Below, piece after piece: positions 13,201 to 26,236 of a stretch of DNA of 48,236 nucleotides (the first letter of the stretch is position 1; the number at the start of each line of letters is the position of its first letter). The notes below the pieces were generated by a model. The model made no database searches. It was given only the letters and a program-made list of their open reading frames with translations, and was not told where the DNA came from. A program made the position numbers and the translations under genes. This DNA comes from Octopus bimaculoides (taxonomy: Eukaryota), in assembly GCF_001194135.2 (NCBI RefSeq), contig NC_068993.1:28235729-28283964 (forward strand), written 5' to 3'.

Positions 13201-13689
13201 AGAAGAAAATCTGATGAGGTTTTTATGAACAACTTTATTTTTTGTGAGATAGTTTGGCTATTATAGTAACTGAAATAGTATGGAAAAGTCACTATTGGTC
13301 ATTGTGTTGCCAGGGATAGTTTGTTATGATGGTATTAGCTGGGTTCTGTTCACCATGTCATGTGCTGGTTGTCTCTAACTGCTGGTAGTCACATGTGATG
13401 ATTTTATACCAGCTGAGAGGCTCATGACAGAAGTCATCAAAACTTTATATTAGTTGCTGGATCTGTATTCCTCATGAAGTTATGATTAGCCTGATCTAGT
13501 TGACCACATGGGCAATATTCTTTCCAGGTGAAGTCACGCATGGTCTGATTTGCTGATCATGTGGGCAACATTCCAGAAAATCACAGCATTCAGGTATTTG
13601 CTGAATATTCTTGCTATACACAGAAGTTATGAAACTTTGAACAAAGAATGAAGAAGGATATGTCTCCTTGGTGCAAATTTCCTAACTGT

Positions 13690-13940
13690 TTACCGGGTGG
13701 TTGGTGTTAGGAAGGGCATCCAGCTGTAAAACCATGCTGAAATTGACCTCACCTGTGCTGTTGCCATGTAAAAAGCACTCAGTCCACTCTGCGGGGTGGT
13801 TGGTGTTAGGAAGGGCATCCAGCTATAAAAACTATACCAAAACAGACACAGAAGTCTGGTGCAAGCTTCTGCGTGGCCAGCTCATATCAGACCATCTAAC
13901 CCCTGCCAGCATGAAAGGTGAATGTTAAATGATGATGACG
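13690..13940 (+). mobile_element. RTE-tail element with a duplicated block
   Basis: gtggttggtgttaggaagggcatccagct occurs at about 13698 and 13797; ends ttaaatgatgatga. Confidence 0.7.
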
Positions 13941-14149
13941 GTGCTGGTGCTGGCAGTGGCAGCAGCAGCAACGATGGATATATATGTGTACTTTTGAAGC
14001 ACACCTGCTTATTTCAATATTTCTAATAGAAGATATATTACATGCTTTCTACTTTGTTTTCTAATTATAAAAGTACAATTTTATAACTCCTATGAGCAAA
14101 TGAAACATGTTTAATAGTAAAAAAATAATACCAAAAATGTTCCACTCTC

Positions 14150-14360
14150 CATGTGCCTATAGTAGAAAGGATTATAATTATTATTATTTAGCATGCTGGA
14201 CAAAATGCTTTGCTGTATTTCATCTGTCAATATGTTCTGAGTTCAAATTCCTTCCTTTTTGAGTCAGTGAAATAAGTACCAGTCATGCATTGAGGTCGAT
14301 GTAATTAACCAACATCCTTCCCCAAAATTTCAGGCCTTGTACTTTACAGTAGAAATGGCT
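14150..14360 (+). mobile_element. Second SINE family (gttctgagttcaaatt...ataagtaccagt), with tandem tail remnant
   Basis: Same family antisense at 19890-20410 and 47000-47150. Confidence 0.7.
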
Positions 14361-14420
<60 letters not shown>

Positions 14421-17120
14421 GAGTTAAAGACGCTGGGGTACAAACATATGAAACCCAATATACCCCTCATGACTACCAGTCTGATAAAGATACATCAGGC
14501 ACATGCATCACGACCATATGTACACAACACACTGATTTCATATCAAGATAAACAGCACATGACCTTGCAGGTGGGGCCCAGGTAGAATTTTCTTCAAGTC
14601 AAGTAGCTTGTCCCACTCAAAATGTCCCTGAATGAGGGTTCTTTAAGGATGTTGAACGAAACACCCACGTTTCCAGAGGCAAATTATCCATACCCCAAAG
14701 AATTCCTCTCAGCACATGAGGATTTTGCTACTCTCCAACTCTGCCACTCTCTGCGGTTTGTGCTCATACCACATCTTGCCTTTCTCTAGCCCCCACTTTT
14801 CACACAGTCTTCAATGTAGCACTTTCGCTACCTGATCATGTTGCCACAACTTGTAGTGGTTCAGGGCAAGTCTAGGGTATTTGTTCATGATATGGGCAAC
14901 GGTTTCATCCACTCTATTGCAGATGCTATACAGCAGAGACACTTACTCATTCCTAAGGTTGATCCTCCAGTTCGTGGCCAAAGCATGGTCTTGTGCTGCC
15001 AGTATAGTGCTCTCAGTCTCTTTTTTTAGTGTTCCTTTCATCAGCCAATCCCACCTATTTTTTTGAGCAGCTTCTGTTGTGGCTACATGAAATTGATTGT
15101 GTAGTCCTTTCTTGTGTAATTCTTCTTCATGTCTTTTTTGCACTTCTTTGTTTTTCCTTTTTTCTCTGCTTTCAATACTCCCTTGTTCCTAACTGTCACT
15201 AGCAAGGTTTCCTTACTTTGGGCTAGGTATCTCATTAAGCTCTTGAGTTCGATATGCACACAGTTTTCCACACTTATCAGTCCTCTTCCTCTATTTGCTC
15301 TCTTCATGTATAAGCAATCAGTATCCGCATGTGGATTATGGGCTCCATGCACTATTAGGTGCTTTCTTGACTTCCTCTTCATCTCAAGGGGGTCGTTCCC
15401 AGTGTGAAGATCAGTGGGGACACTGTCCCTCTGGAAGATACCTCTCTTAATTTTTCACCTCTTCCTAATACTTGATTCCCTGTTGTCAATTTTGTTCTCC
15501 AGCATTTCATGCTATTCCATATAAGGCTTCTCATATTTTCTGCTACTCCATACATTTCCATTGTTTTTATTATCCAGGAGTATAGTTTCATATTGTATAC
15601 TTTACCATAGTCAACCCATGTCATGCTCAGGTTTGTGTGTCTTCTCTTGCAGTTCCTGATAATTAGATTACCAATTAAGAGCTGATCCTTCATTCCCCAG
15701 CTCCTCTTTTGGCACCTTTTCTGTTTAGTAGGTAGCAGCCCACTGTTTTCCAGGTATCTATACAGTTCACCCACCAACACGCCTGACATTAGTTTCCACA
15801 TTAGCAGAAGGCATGTTGGATGCAACATCTTCAGGATGCAACATCTTCAGGAACCTTGGCACACAACAATGTCTTTCTCTTTGTTATCCAGCTGGGGACT
15901 ACGCCTTTCTGCAAGCACTCACCTAGCTGCTGCACTATCCTTTCATAGAGCCCTTTCAGCTTCTTCATCCAATAACCTTGGACCCCATGTGGTCCTGGGC
16001 TCTTCCAATTTAGGAATTTTTTAAACTGCTTTTTTATCATTTCTGTAGTTATCTTTGTCTTCTTGACCTTCTATATTTCTTAACCTATCTTGGATTTCAT
16101 GCAGCCATTCTGCTTCATCATTATGCTCTCCACTGCATCTGGCATCATTATTATGTGTATTTGCCCATCTAGTTCCTGAAACAGTTTCTTCTGATTTGCT
16201 TCAAACAATCTTTTTTGCCTGAATTGTTTTGTTCTATCGTCATATCTTTCCAGTTTTGCTTTGATTGCTACTACTCTTTGTTTCAATTCTTCCAATATCA
16301 CATCATACCCTTTATCTCTCATTCTATGTTCTTTCCACCATTATTCTTATGCTTTCGTTCTGCAATACGCTTCTACTCAATCTATCAACTTATCCTAAAT
16401 GTCTTTTAACTTTGTTTCTCACAAATTCGTCTATGCCAGAATGGGTCTTTACATTCTGTTTGTTCTCTTCTTTTCTATCCAACTCTATCGGCAGCAACCA
16501 TAGCTGCAGCCCAAATAATCTTGTTAGTTTCAGTTATATTTCTCATCTGGAATAGCCCATGAACCAAAACTATCTTTTCGGTTTCAACTTTGAGCCTTTT
16601 TGATCGGTGTACCTCAGATAGGCAGGGCGCTTGATCCTGGTCTTCTCAGCATCCTCACTATATCTTGTTGGTCCTCATCGTATTCTTGTGCTATAGCTCT
16701 TCCTATTACTTCTACTTCATTTTCTGAGAATGCATTTACATCTATACTTTGCTCTATGTCTTCACTGTCGCTATTCATTTCTCTATTCTCATTGGGCATT
16801 GTATCTGTTGATGAAGTATTATTTCTTTCTTCTACTTTGCTTTTTATCTCTTCAATTTCTATATCTGTTAACATACCATTTTGCTTTTATTGCTCTTGCC
16901 TGATTGGCTAACTGTTGCTCACTTATTTCGAAGAGTTCCATTTCATTCCCTTTTGCTTTCATTCATTGTCGGAATCCCCATTCTATCTCCTCAGTGATAA
17001 GAAAGTACCCTATAACAGTTCTTATTTATTATGTAAAAAAATTTTCCTTCAAATTTGTCAGCGTCATTTGCATTTTTTTTTAATTATTGTTAATCCTTTT
17101 TTGAAAAATATCTCTCAGAA
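14360..17120 (-). mobile_element. R4/Dong-type non-LTR retrotransposon, internally deleted, with (TAA)n tail
   Basis: SEQQLANQARAI, EELKQRVVAIKAKLERY, NWKSPGPHGVQGYW, GMKDQLLI..WVDYGK, LYMKRANRGRGLISVE, LKKETESTILAAQDHAL; (ATT)n at 14360-14421. Confidence 0.9.
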
Positions 17121-17141
17121 GCATCTCACTTTGTAACATGA

Positions 17142-17396
<255 letters not shown>

Positions 17397-17944
17397 TAAT
17401 TATTGTTGTTCTCTGTTTAATTGTGCATTTGTTGGTTTGGTTGGCTGTAACTGTTGTAAGGCATGAGATTTCGGGTTGACACTCTTTGTTTCTTGTGAAT
17501 CTGTTAACTCTTTAAAAAAATCAATAATTCGGACAAGTAGAAGAAAATACACAGCTATCCAATCATATGTAGCTATTGGTTTACTAGTTATCAAATGTCT
17601 TGGATGGTAACCAGTAGCAAAATAGTCATTGTTAAGTGAATAACACGTTTTACATTAAGGACTACTTCGTATGTGAATGAAAAAAATGTCAAAAACCGAA
17701 AAAGCTTATCTTACAGCCTGCACGATGGAAACAAATTGCTGTTCTTCATTTTGGATTAAAACACGATAAAAAACGAGAAGTCACAAAGTCTCAAAAACTT
17801 TTGTTAAACAAAAAAAAAACAGGCAATCAAGGGGGGCGACTCTTCAGTAACAACTAGATGATTATCTCCCTTGTGTTTGACTGTTGAAAAAATTGTGTGT
17901 ATGTATGTATGTATGTCCCATTCTGTATTATTTATATATATATA

Positions 17945-18480
17945 TATAGTGCATTGTTGTACCATTCTAAACTTTTATTCTTTATATATATATATATATA
18001 AAGAATAAAAGTTTAGAATGGTACAACAATGCACTATAGAACAAAAAATGGACTATATATCTGTTGTAATTTGGCTATCTATAGTCCGATGATATTTCGG
18101 AATTACAATTCCTTCTTCAGATCTTCTTAGCTGGAGTCTCTGGAGACTCCAGCTAAGAAGCTCAAAAAATACGAAGTACAAGTACATGGAATATGAACTA
18201 TTTTTCGAACAACGAAAGGTACAAATGGAAAACAAGACAAGCAACATAAAGAACGACCCTTCATCAGTTGTTGGCTGTTTTTCTACTCTCATATTTCAAG
18301 CATTTAACAACTAAATATGCTTTCAATAAGCAGTTGCTCCTGCAAAGCATATTAAATAAAATTTGGGATTTTGCGGAGGGTCAAAATTAGTAACACAGAC
18401 AGGAAGGACTGCTAAGCCTAAATGAGATTGTGGTGGCGAACGCATAAGTCAAGCTTGGACAGGAGACACACAAGAACACA
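17945..18480 (-). mobile_element. Rearranged solo PLE terminal (pLTR) sequences in a (TA)n tract
   Basis: 18001-18140 is about 85% like 6270-6410; flanked by fold-back junctions. Confidence 0.7.
18088..18123 (-). ncRNA. Candidate minimal type I hammerhead ribozyme
   Basis: Minus strand GAU-CUGAAGA-A-GGAAUU-GU-AAUUCC-GAAA-U-AUC-AUC: core, stem II, AUC site; stem I is only 3 bp. Confidence 0.5.
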
Positions 18481-19889
18481 TCTTCCTTGTTCCAGCTACA
18501 ATGGAGAAAAAGAAAGAAACACAAGTTAGGAGAAGACAGAAAGATGACCGGACAAGTTATTACACCTGTAAAAGTATAGGACAAGCTATTACTTCTAGTT
18601 AAGTAAAGAGTAAGCAACTTTTTACTTAAAATATTGCAGCATAGAATGCCAGTTTTTCTAATTTATCACTCTTTACAGTTCTCATCTTTTAAATTTATTG
18701 CACAAAACTGTTCAGCTGATTTGTAAGTTTGTCTAGTTAGTCACTTTTTTCTGCATTTAAGGTAGTAAGTTAGCCAAATTCTACTTAAATAAATATTAGT
18801 GTTATTTGTAAACTATAAGAAAATAAGTTTCAATTTTAGCTGCAATATTTAAGTAAAAGGTTTCTTATTCTTTACTTTACTAGAAGTAATAGCTTGTCCT
18901 ATTCTTTTACAGGTGTAATAACTTGTCCTGTACTTTTCCAGGTTTATAATCTTAAGAATATGACTTTTCATGCTCGCATTTTTCCATGTAATCCATGATT
19001 TTTCCAGGCATTGCTGTTATAAGATAATTAATAATGTGTCAATAATTTAAGATTTTACCTTATAAAATATTGAAAGATAATATTTCAATCTTTCCATGTA
19101 AGTGATGATAATATTTTTTTCATGTTTAATTTAAATATATGTTGTGATTGAATTATTTGATGTTACCCATCCACACCAAATTAATAGCAGGAATTTTTTT
19201 GCATCACAGCTCACCAAAAGTTACAAACAACAAGACCCCAAAACCATTAGTTACCAGGCTCATCTTAAATAACCTAATTTATGGTGAACCTGGTAACTGA
19301 ACACCCCACCTCATTTTCTATGAACCAAAATAAGGGATTTGCAGCATATTAGGTCAGGGTACTTGATTCCACACAAAAAATCGATTTTTTTTTCATAGTG
19401 AAAACTATAGTGTTGTTATTTAGCGTCAAATAAACCCTGATACTGCAAACGTATCATCAAAGACATACCAGCCTTCAGTAAACCATCTTTTTAGGGATAA
19501 TCTAGGACATTATATACAATGGGTGTGTGATTTAGGTAGAGGGATACTTTGGCTGCTATTTTTAGCATGTCGAGTGACCAGGTAGAGACTCCTTCATTGG
19601 TTTGATTGCATGATGAGATTTTTTTTTACACATATATGTAATATGTATTTATATCATCAGCAGAAGTTAGAGAGTAAGTCAAAAGCTGAGAATTTCGTGT
19701 ATTGGCACTTATCAAACATGAATTTGTCCATTGTCACTCTGTAACTTCAGATGATAACTTCTAAAATACAAAATTTTGTCAAAAACGTTAAGAGTCAACT
19801 CTATTCTATGTTACACATTCTACCAATATCGGAAGTTAGAAAGTGTTTAGTTAAAAATAATTATTTAAATAATCTGTACGTCTAATTGA

Positions 19890-20410
19890 ATAGATCCGAA
19901 ATGGATGAAAGGCAAGGTCGGCCTCGGCGGAATTAGAACTCAGAACGTAAAGACAGACAAAATACTGCTTCTAAAATACAAAATTTTGTCCAAAACATTA
20001 AGAGTAAACCCTGTTCTATGTGACATCTTCTACCAGTGTCGGAAGTTTGAAAGTGTTTAGTTTAAAAAATCAATTAAATAATCAGTACATCAAAGTCAAC
20101 CTCAGCAAAATTTGAACTCAAAAAATGTAAAGACAGACGAAATACTGTTAAGCATTTCACCCGGCACACTAACATTTCTTATTTTTTTACTGCCCACAAG
20201 GGCCTAAACATAAAGGGGACAAACAAGGACAGACAAAGGGATTAAGTCGATTACATCGACTCCAGTACGTAACTGGTACTTATTTAATAGACTCCGAAAG
20301 GATGAAAGGCTAAGTCGACTTTGGTGGAATTAGAACATAGAACATTGCGGCAGACAAAATACCACTAAGCGTTTTGCCCGGCATGCTAACGTTTCTGCCA
20401 GCTCACCGCC
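19890..20410 (-). mobile_element. Cluster of three antisense pieces of the second SINE family
   Basis: ggatgaaaggcaaggtcg..ggcggaattagaactcagaacg repeated at about 19900, 20095 and 20300. Confidence 0.75.
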
Positions 20411-21006
20411 TTAGAAAGTAAACATTCATTTTAGAAATATATTCTTTATTCTTATTGCTAAGCATTACTCCCTTACTTACTGACATGAAATTTAGTAACA
20501 TTTTACCTCATAACTCTTTTTCTACTAATTTTTGTTCAATGTGACTAGCGATTCTGAATTCCTCATGCATTTTTCTATCATTTAAGCCTAAGAAAGGTAT
20601 ACTTTTAATTTAAAATTTTAAAATTTATGTTAATTGAAGATGAATATCTGCCTTACTGTCCCCCTTGAGGTCGCAGATATTTTGATGTAACTTTTTTTCT
20701 ACCGAACCAAATCTCAAACTATTTATGCCAAAGTGTAGCCGAGGAGGTGTCCTCTTTAAAATTCTGAACAGTTTGCAATTTAGTTAAGAACTAAATTAGT
20801 GGTGAAGCTTGAAAGCTGCTGTGATTGACAAAATGATGGACTTCAGAATATATTCAACCACTACCGTGATTGAATGATATGTATATGTACATACTTACAT
20901 CTACACACATATATATATGCATATGTGGGCACAGGATGCCATGAAACGTGTACAACAAAAAATATGAAGTACGGGTACTATATATATATATATATATGTG
21001 TGTGTG

Positions 21007-21062
<56 letters not shown>

Positions 21063-21467
21063 CACAATAGGTGAGAGTTAGATATGCTCAGTATAGAAAG
21101 CATATCGTAGTACTCAAATGAATTTGAAGTTAAACTCTGAATTCTTCATCCAGGACTAGGTCAAGAGTGGCTATTAGAGAAAGCCAAGATGAGCTAATAT
21201 GGAGGCAGTGATGTAGATAAGCACAATTAGGCTTGACCAAGATATATATATGTATATATATAGACACACATACATACACTCACACATATATACTTACAAA
21301 AAGTTACTTACATGGCCAGTCATAGAGTGACCCATAGTTTCACATCCATAAATTGCTTAGCCTTGTAGTCAGCTCACCAGATTCCAATGTCTGCAAACAT
21401 ATAACCTCTTTTCAAACTGGAGACAGAAAACCGTTATGGTCAGTTAATTTGTAAGCAAACAAATGTA

Positions 21468-21940
21468 TTGTCTGATCCTTAAACAGGACAGGTTATCGCC
21501 TTTAGATCGGTTGGGCCAGCAAATTTTTATGGTCCTAATCAATGAACGAGTTTCTCCGCTATTAGGTTGGTTCCAGTCACGTGTGGCACCTTAAAAATGA
21601 AGGAATTCCATACAAAATTAAATGGAGGCTCATAGAACAACTAGTGTCCTGTATGATGATGCAAGCTTTGCATAGCAGAACGAACATGGATCCTTAAAGA
21701 CTCGCTTGATCTGGATACCCTTTTAAATTCCTGAAATGCGATCTATAGCTCTTGTCCACATTTTAAACACTACCTACTGTAGGCGTAGGATTCCCAGTTC
21801 ATTAATAGAGCTCTAAAAAATAATTGCAATCTGAAACCAACCTAAGGGTGGAGATCCCCCCATTTGTTGATTAGGACCATCAAAATTCACTGACTTATCA
21901 ATCTAAGAACAATAACATGTCCCATTTAAGGCTCAGACAA
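21468..21940. mobile_element. Tc1/mariner-type MITE with about 110-bp TIRs and TA TSD
   Basis: TA|ttgtctgatcctta...taaggctcagacaa|TA; arms about 70-75% complementary. Confidence 0.75.
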
Positions 21941-21943
21941 TAG

Positions 21944-22783
21944 GTTCCTGGACTAGTTATGTTTAATAAAAAATAATTTATTTACTTAACATCATCTCCT
22001 TCAAAATAGTCACTTTGCACAGCAATACACCAGTCCTCTTTTGGAATCTGGCCTGAAAGTTGTTTTCTGTGAGTAACGGACCTTCTGCAATTCATTCTGG
22101 ATTTCGACAACTGTGTTAAAACAACAACCTTTGAGCTGCATTTTCATCTTGCGGAACAGATGGAAGTCCACAGGTGCTAAATCTGGTGAATAGGGCAGAT
22201 ATGGAAACAATACCATGTTGGTTTGCTGAGAAACTCACGAGTGAGGAAAGCTTGGTGAAGAATCCCATTCTTCACGCACCACAGATGTGGTTGCTTTCAC
22301 CAAATGTCCTTCTTCAGATGCTTCAAAATGTCACAGCAGAACTCTTGATTGACAGTCTGGCCCTAGGGGCGGGGACGAATTCTTGATGCACAATACCAAA
22401 TTGCTGGAGTGATACTTGTGGCAGGTCTTCCAGATTGCTCATCATCATCCAGAGATGTTCTACTTTTGAAGCACCCATGCCACTCAAAACATTGCATATG
22501 ACCCATTGCTTCATCTTTGCAAGCTTGCAGAAGGATGCTCAATGTCTCTGTAGCAGACTTCTCAAGTTTAATGCACAATTTTACATTGGCTCTTTGATCT
22601 TGTCCATGACAGAATTGCAGACTACAGCATACACATAATCACTTGCAAAGTAAACACAGCGATGTCACTCAGCACACTGCCTCCTGAAGATTACTGCTTG
22701 CTCACACTGCGCACGGAACTGTGTACTGCCATTTGTTGGTGCACTACAGTACTAATCTAGGAATTTTTTGATATCACCTAGTA
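21944..22783 (-). mobile_element. Internally deleted mariner, copy 2
   Basis: PYSPDLAPVDFHLFRKMKMQLKG (ORF 22010-22216), CIKLEKSATETL (22363-22578), TIR ggaattttttgatatcacc. Confidence 0.88.
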
Positions 22784-23949
22784 TATTATTTTGTCTACAA
22801 ATTAACTGGGCTGGTGGAGTCTGATGAGTCATCTATAAGGGCTAAGCGCTTTATGGATGCAAAACCATTGGTCACTCTATGACCGGCCATGTATGTAACT
22901 TCCTGTAAATACATTACTGCTCTAATGTTTAGAGTGTTCTTCTTTTTCAGATATATGATCCACTGGCGCTATATATATATGTATGTGTGTGTGTGTGTGT
23001 ATAGACACACACACGCACACACACACACATAGATACACATGTGTACATATATTCAGAAAGATAAACACATGTATTCATATATATATTTATTTATTCATTT
23101 ATTTATTTACATAGAGCATAAAATATACAGAATACTAAGAAGACAATTCCTAATACCCAACAGCTATTTCAGGAAGCTCAGAGTTGCATAATAATCATAA
23201 TATTCATACTCTGCAGGTGGAACATGCAAAAAGTCTTGGGTATGCAACCAGTTAACAGTAACATGGTGATATTTCAGTAAGTCCAGCTTCCCTCAAGAGA
23301 AAGTTGGCAAAAGCAGTTCATATAATAGTGCCAGAGATTTAAAGGCTGAAAGGAGAGAGGGGAGGAAGAATAAGAACAAAATACAGAAAGAGGAAGGAAA
23401 ATATATGCAACATAAGAGAGAGAAACAGAGGTAGAGAAGAAGAAATGAAAAGCAGAGAGAGGGAGGGAGGATTTCTATGACACAGGGGAAAGAATGGAGG
23501 TAGAATAGATGAAACAGAAAAGGGCAGAAGGTAATTGTGTTTATATGCATTTCTACCTTTATATATAATTTATTTATAAAAACTAAAGAAATTTATCAAT
23601 AGCTTCTATCTGTATAGATATAATGGAGAAAGCTACTTATTAATTAGGTATGTGACAATTACTAAAAGGAAGCAATATTGACCGTCTGGAAATATTTTTA
23701 TAAATTCATGTTCTAAGAAATTTCCTATAATTTTGATTTCTGAAGTTTATTGAATTTTTCTAACTCCAAATTCTTGTAAATTTAAATATTCATTGCATTC
23801 ACTGCATCCAATTCTTCACAAATTTAAATATTGATTGCATACACTGCGGAGTAGATTTTAATGTTTAATAATAAACACTATTACTTCATTGCAGGCAACA
23901 TTTAACATTTTTATTTGCAACAATCTCTCATACTCACTCGCCTCTATTT

Positions 23950-25163
23950 TCATTAATGATAGCTTAATAATAACTTTGATACAAGACACAATTTCAAGAA
24001 TATTATCAGTTTCCAGAGTTTGTTAAATGAATATTTTTGACAAAATGAAACTTTTTTAATATACCGGTATAATTTTTAAGTGATTTTGTGTTGAATGAAT
24101 GCATGCTGTTACATAAAATAGCTGTATAACCTTGATACAAGGTACAATTTCAAGAATATTATCAGTTTCCGAAGTTTGTTAAATGAATATTTTTGATTAA
24201 ATGAAAAATCTTTAATATACTGGTACATTATTTTTTTTTTTTAATGAAGAAGTGATTTTGTTGGTGTGGCTACTTTGGAATGCTATAAGCCTTACAATAA
24301 TAACTATGTGATCACTGCTATTTCTAACACACTAAACAAGATAGTTTTTAATGAGCTTTCACTTATACGATTTTTTCATTTCATGTTTACACAAAATAGC
24401 TGTATAACTTTGATACCAGGCACAATTTCAAGAATACTATCAGTTTGTTAAATGAATATTTAACAGTTTGTTAATGAATATTTTTAATAAAATGAAAATT
24501 CTTTAATATACCAGTATAATTTTTTTTTCTTTTAACCACACATTCTCAAACTGAAGAAAAAAATGATGCATAAAGCTTCTGAGAAATTTAGATGCTACTA
24601 ATGGACATTGCAATGGCACATGCTACATCATTGTCAGTTTTATATAATCATGTTACTGAGGCTGAAGTTGCTTCTGGTCCTTATGCAGGATCAACTCTGC
24701 TAATCCCCCAAATACCATATGTATCTCAAGAAATGGAATTTCCATTCATATTTACACGCAAACTATTTTTTGTCAAACCAGCTTTTGCCTTGATGTACAA
24801 GACACAGGGACAGACTTTTGAACAAATTGGAATATATCTTCCAACACAATTCTTCTCACATGGTCAACTGTATGTTGCATTATCTAGTGTTTGAAAGAAG
24901 GCTAATGTAAAAATATTGGCTGAGAGAAATGGAAACAGTATGATTACTGGCAATTGGTTCTACAAGGTGATACTACTTTAAAGCAAAATATGTTTTTTAG
25001 CATGTTTATATGTAAAGTACGATATATTTGTGTGGAATTAAATTGTTTTGGCATATTTCAACACATGCCGAATGAATGATATCATTATATTAGATCATTT
25101 TAAATTTGGGTATATTTGAAAAAAATAAGGAAACGTCATTCCCATGTGTTCTCACAGCACTAG
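23950..25163 (+). mobile_element. Helitron 3' fragment (PIF1-helicase C-terminus) with internal tandem units
   Basis: LLIPQIP..FPFIFTRK.F.VKPAFAL..KTQGQTFEQIGIYL...FSHGQLYVALS (24592-24894); decayed hairpin and CTAG at 25141-25163. Confidence 0.8.
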
Positions 25164-25209
25164 ACTTTTGTGTGTGTGTATCCCTCCATCCATCCATCCA
25201 TCCATCTAT

Positions 25210-25240
<31 letters not shown>

Positions 25241-26117
25241 CGCACACCTATGTAAGTTCTACCAATTATTAATGATAAGTATATATAACAGATTGACTCT
25301 TTAAAAAAGAGAGATTATGACTGATAGAATAATGAAAGCAGTATTTACTAAGCAAGTAAACACTATTATATAAAGATATAATTAGACATAAAATGTGGAA
25401 ATATTATCGAGTGGCTAGTAGAAAACTGCCTGGAAGGTGGTCTTTTTGTTAGTCTATATAATTGAGAGCTATTGATTAGATATCAAGCAAATCATTCAGG
25501 GAGTTAACGCTTAATAATTTTATCTAGAGAACAAGGCTGGACACAGTCCATGAAAAGCATGGGCTGGGGAAAATTCCAATGTAGAAATGTCCTAAGAAGA
25601 AAGGTATGTGTGTTATCATTAGAGTTTGGGATAAATACAATGTGGATAACAAAAGTAAAGAGAAATTGAATAGAGATGATTCAAGAAAGCTCATTTCGAC
25701 AAACAGCAGTTCCTGTAGTAGGCATTATTTCTACAGTCAAGACAGCTCTCAACTGGATATTATTGAGTATCTACTAAATTAAAGTCCATCTGACTATCAA
25801 CAAGAAATTATTGATTTAACAGTATGGCTTTTACGGAATTATAAATCATTTATACCTCAGAGATTCTACCCACTTTCCTCTACTTTTAATATTGGTAAAA
25901 TTGTTTAAATTACGTTCCTTTACATTCTCAGTTTTGAATCATGCAGAAAACAACTTCCACTTAGTGTCTCTTAATATCTACACTAAAGTTTTATTCAAAT
26001 ACTCTATTATTCTACTTGCTCACTCACTCAGTCTACTCCTATTTCATTCACTTAATCCACCACTCACTCATTATACCATTTATTTCAATCCTACCTTTCA
26101 CCTCTTTCTGTCTACAG

Positions 26118-26236
26118 TTATGTCATCAATGATTTGTACAACAGTTCCTCTTGTGCTAAACTTCCTGTGAAATGGGCATCACCAGAAGTTTTTCAGTTCT
26201 ATAGATTCAGCAGTAAATCTGATGTTTGGGCTTTTG
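26118..26236 (+). CDS. Btk29A-like: Exon G: activation loop ([39 protein letters not shown])
   Basis: tctacag acceptor, G|GTGAGT donor; 119 nt, phase 2 to 1. Confidence 0.92.

Larger units (their letters stand above)
21291..22912. mobile_element. Fold-back MITE split by two inner insertions
   Basis: About 100-nt inverted arms (aagttacttacatggccagtcatagagtgacc... / ...ggtcactctatgaccggccatgtatgtaactt). Confidence 0.7.

Noticed and set aside
13411-13446. Hammerhead-like ctgagagg..atgac-agaa-gtcat..aaaac
   Set aside because: Both core segments are mutated and no stem I or III could be built.
14337-14585. ORF with a poly-Ile tract
   Set aside because: Translation of the (ATT)n tail and the antisense R4 3' UTR.
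19249-19298. 14-bp inverted repeat agttaccaggctca / tgaacctggtaact
   Set aside because: Short, single, and no TSD or context supporting a function.
20854-21074. ORFs rich in YI/HT/CV dipeptides (also 4029-4220, 42123-42338, 47682-47882)
   Set aside because: Microsatellite translations.
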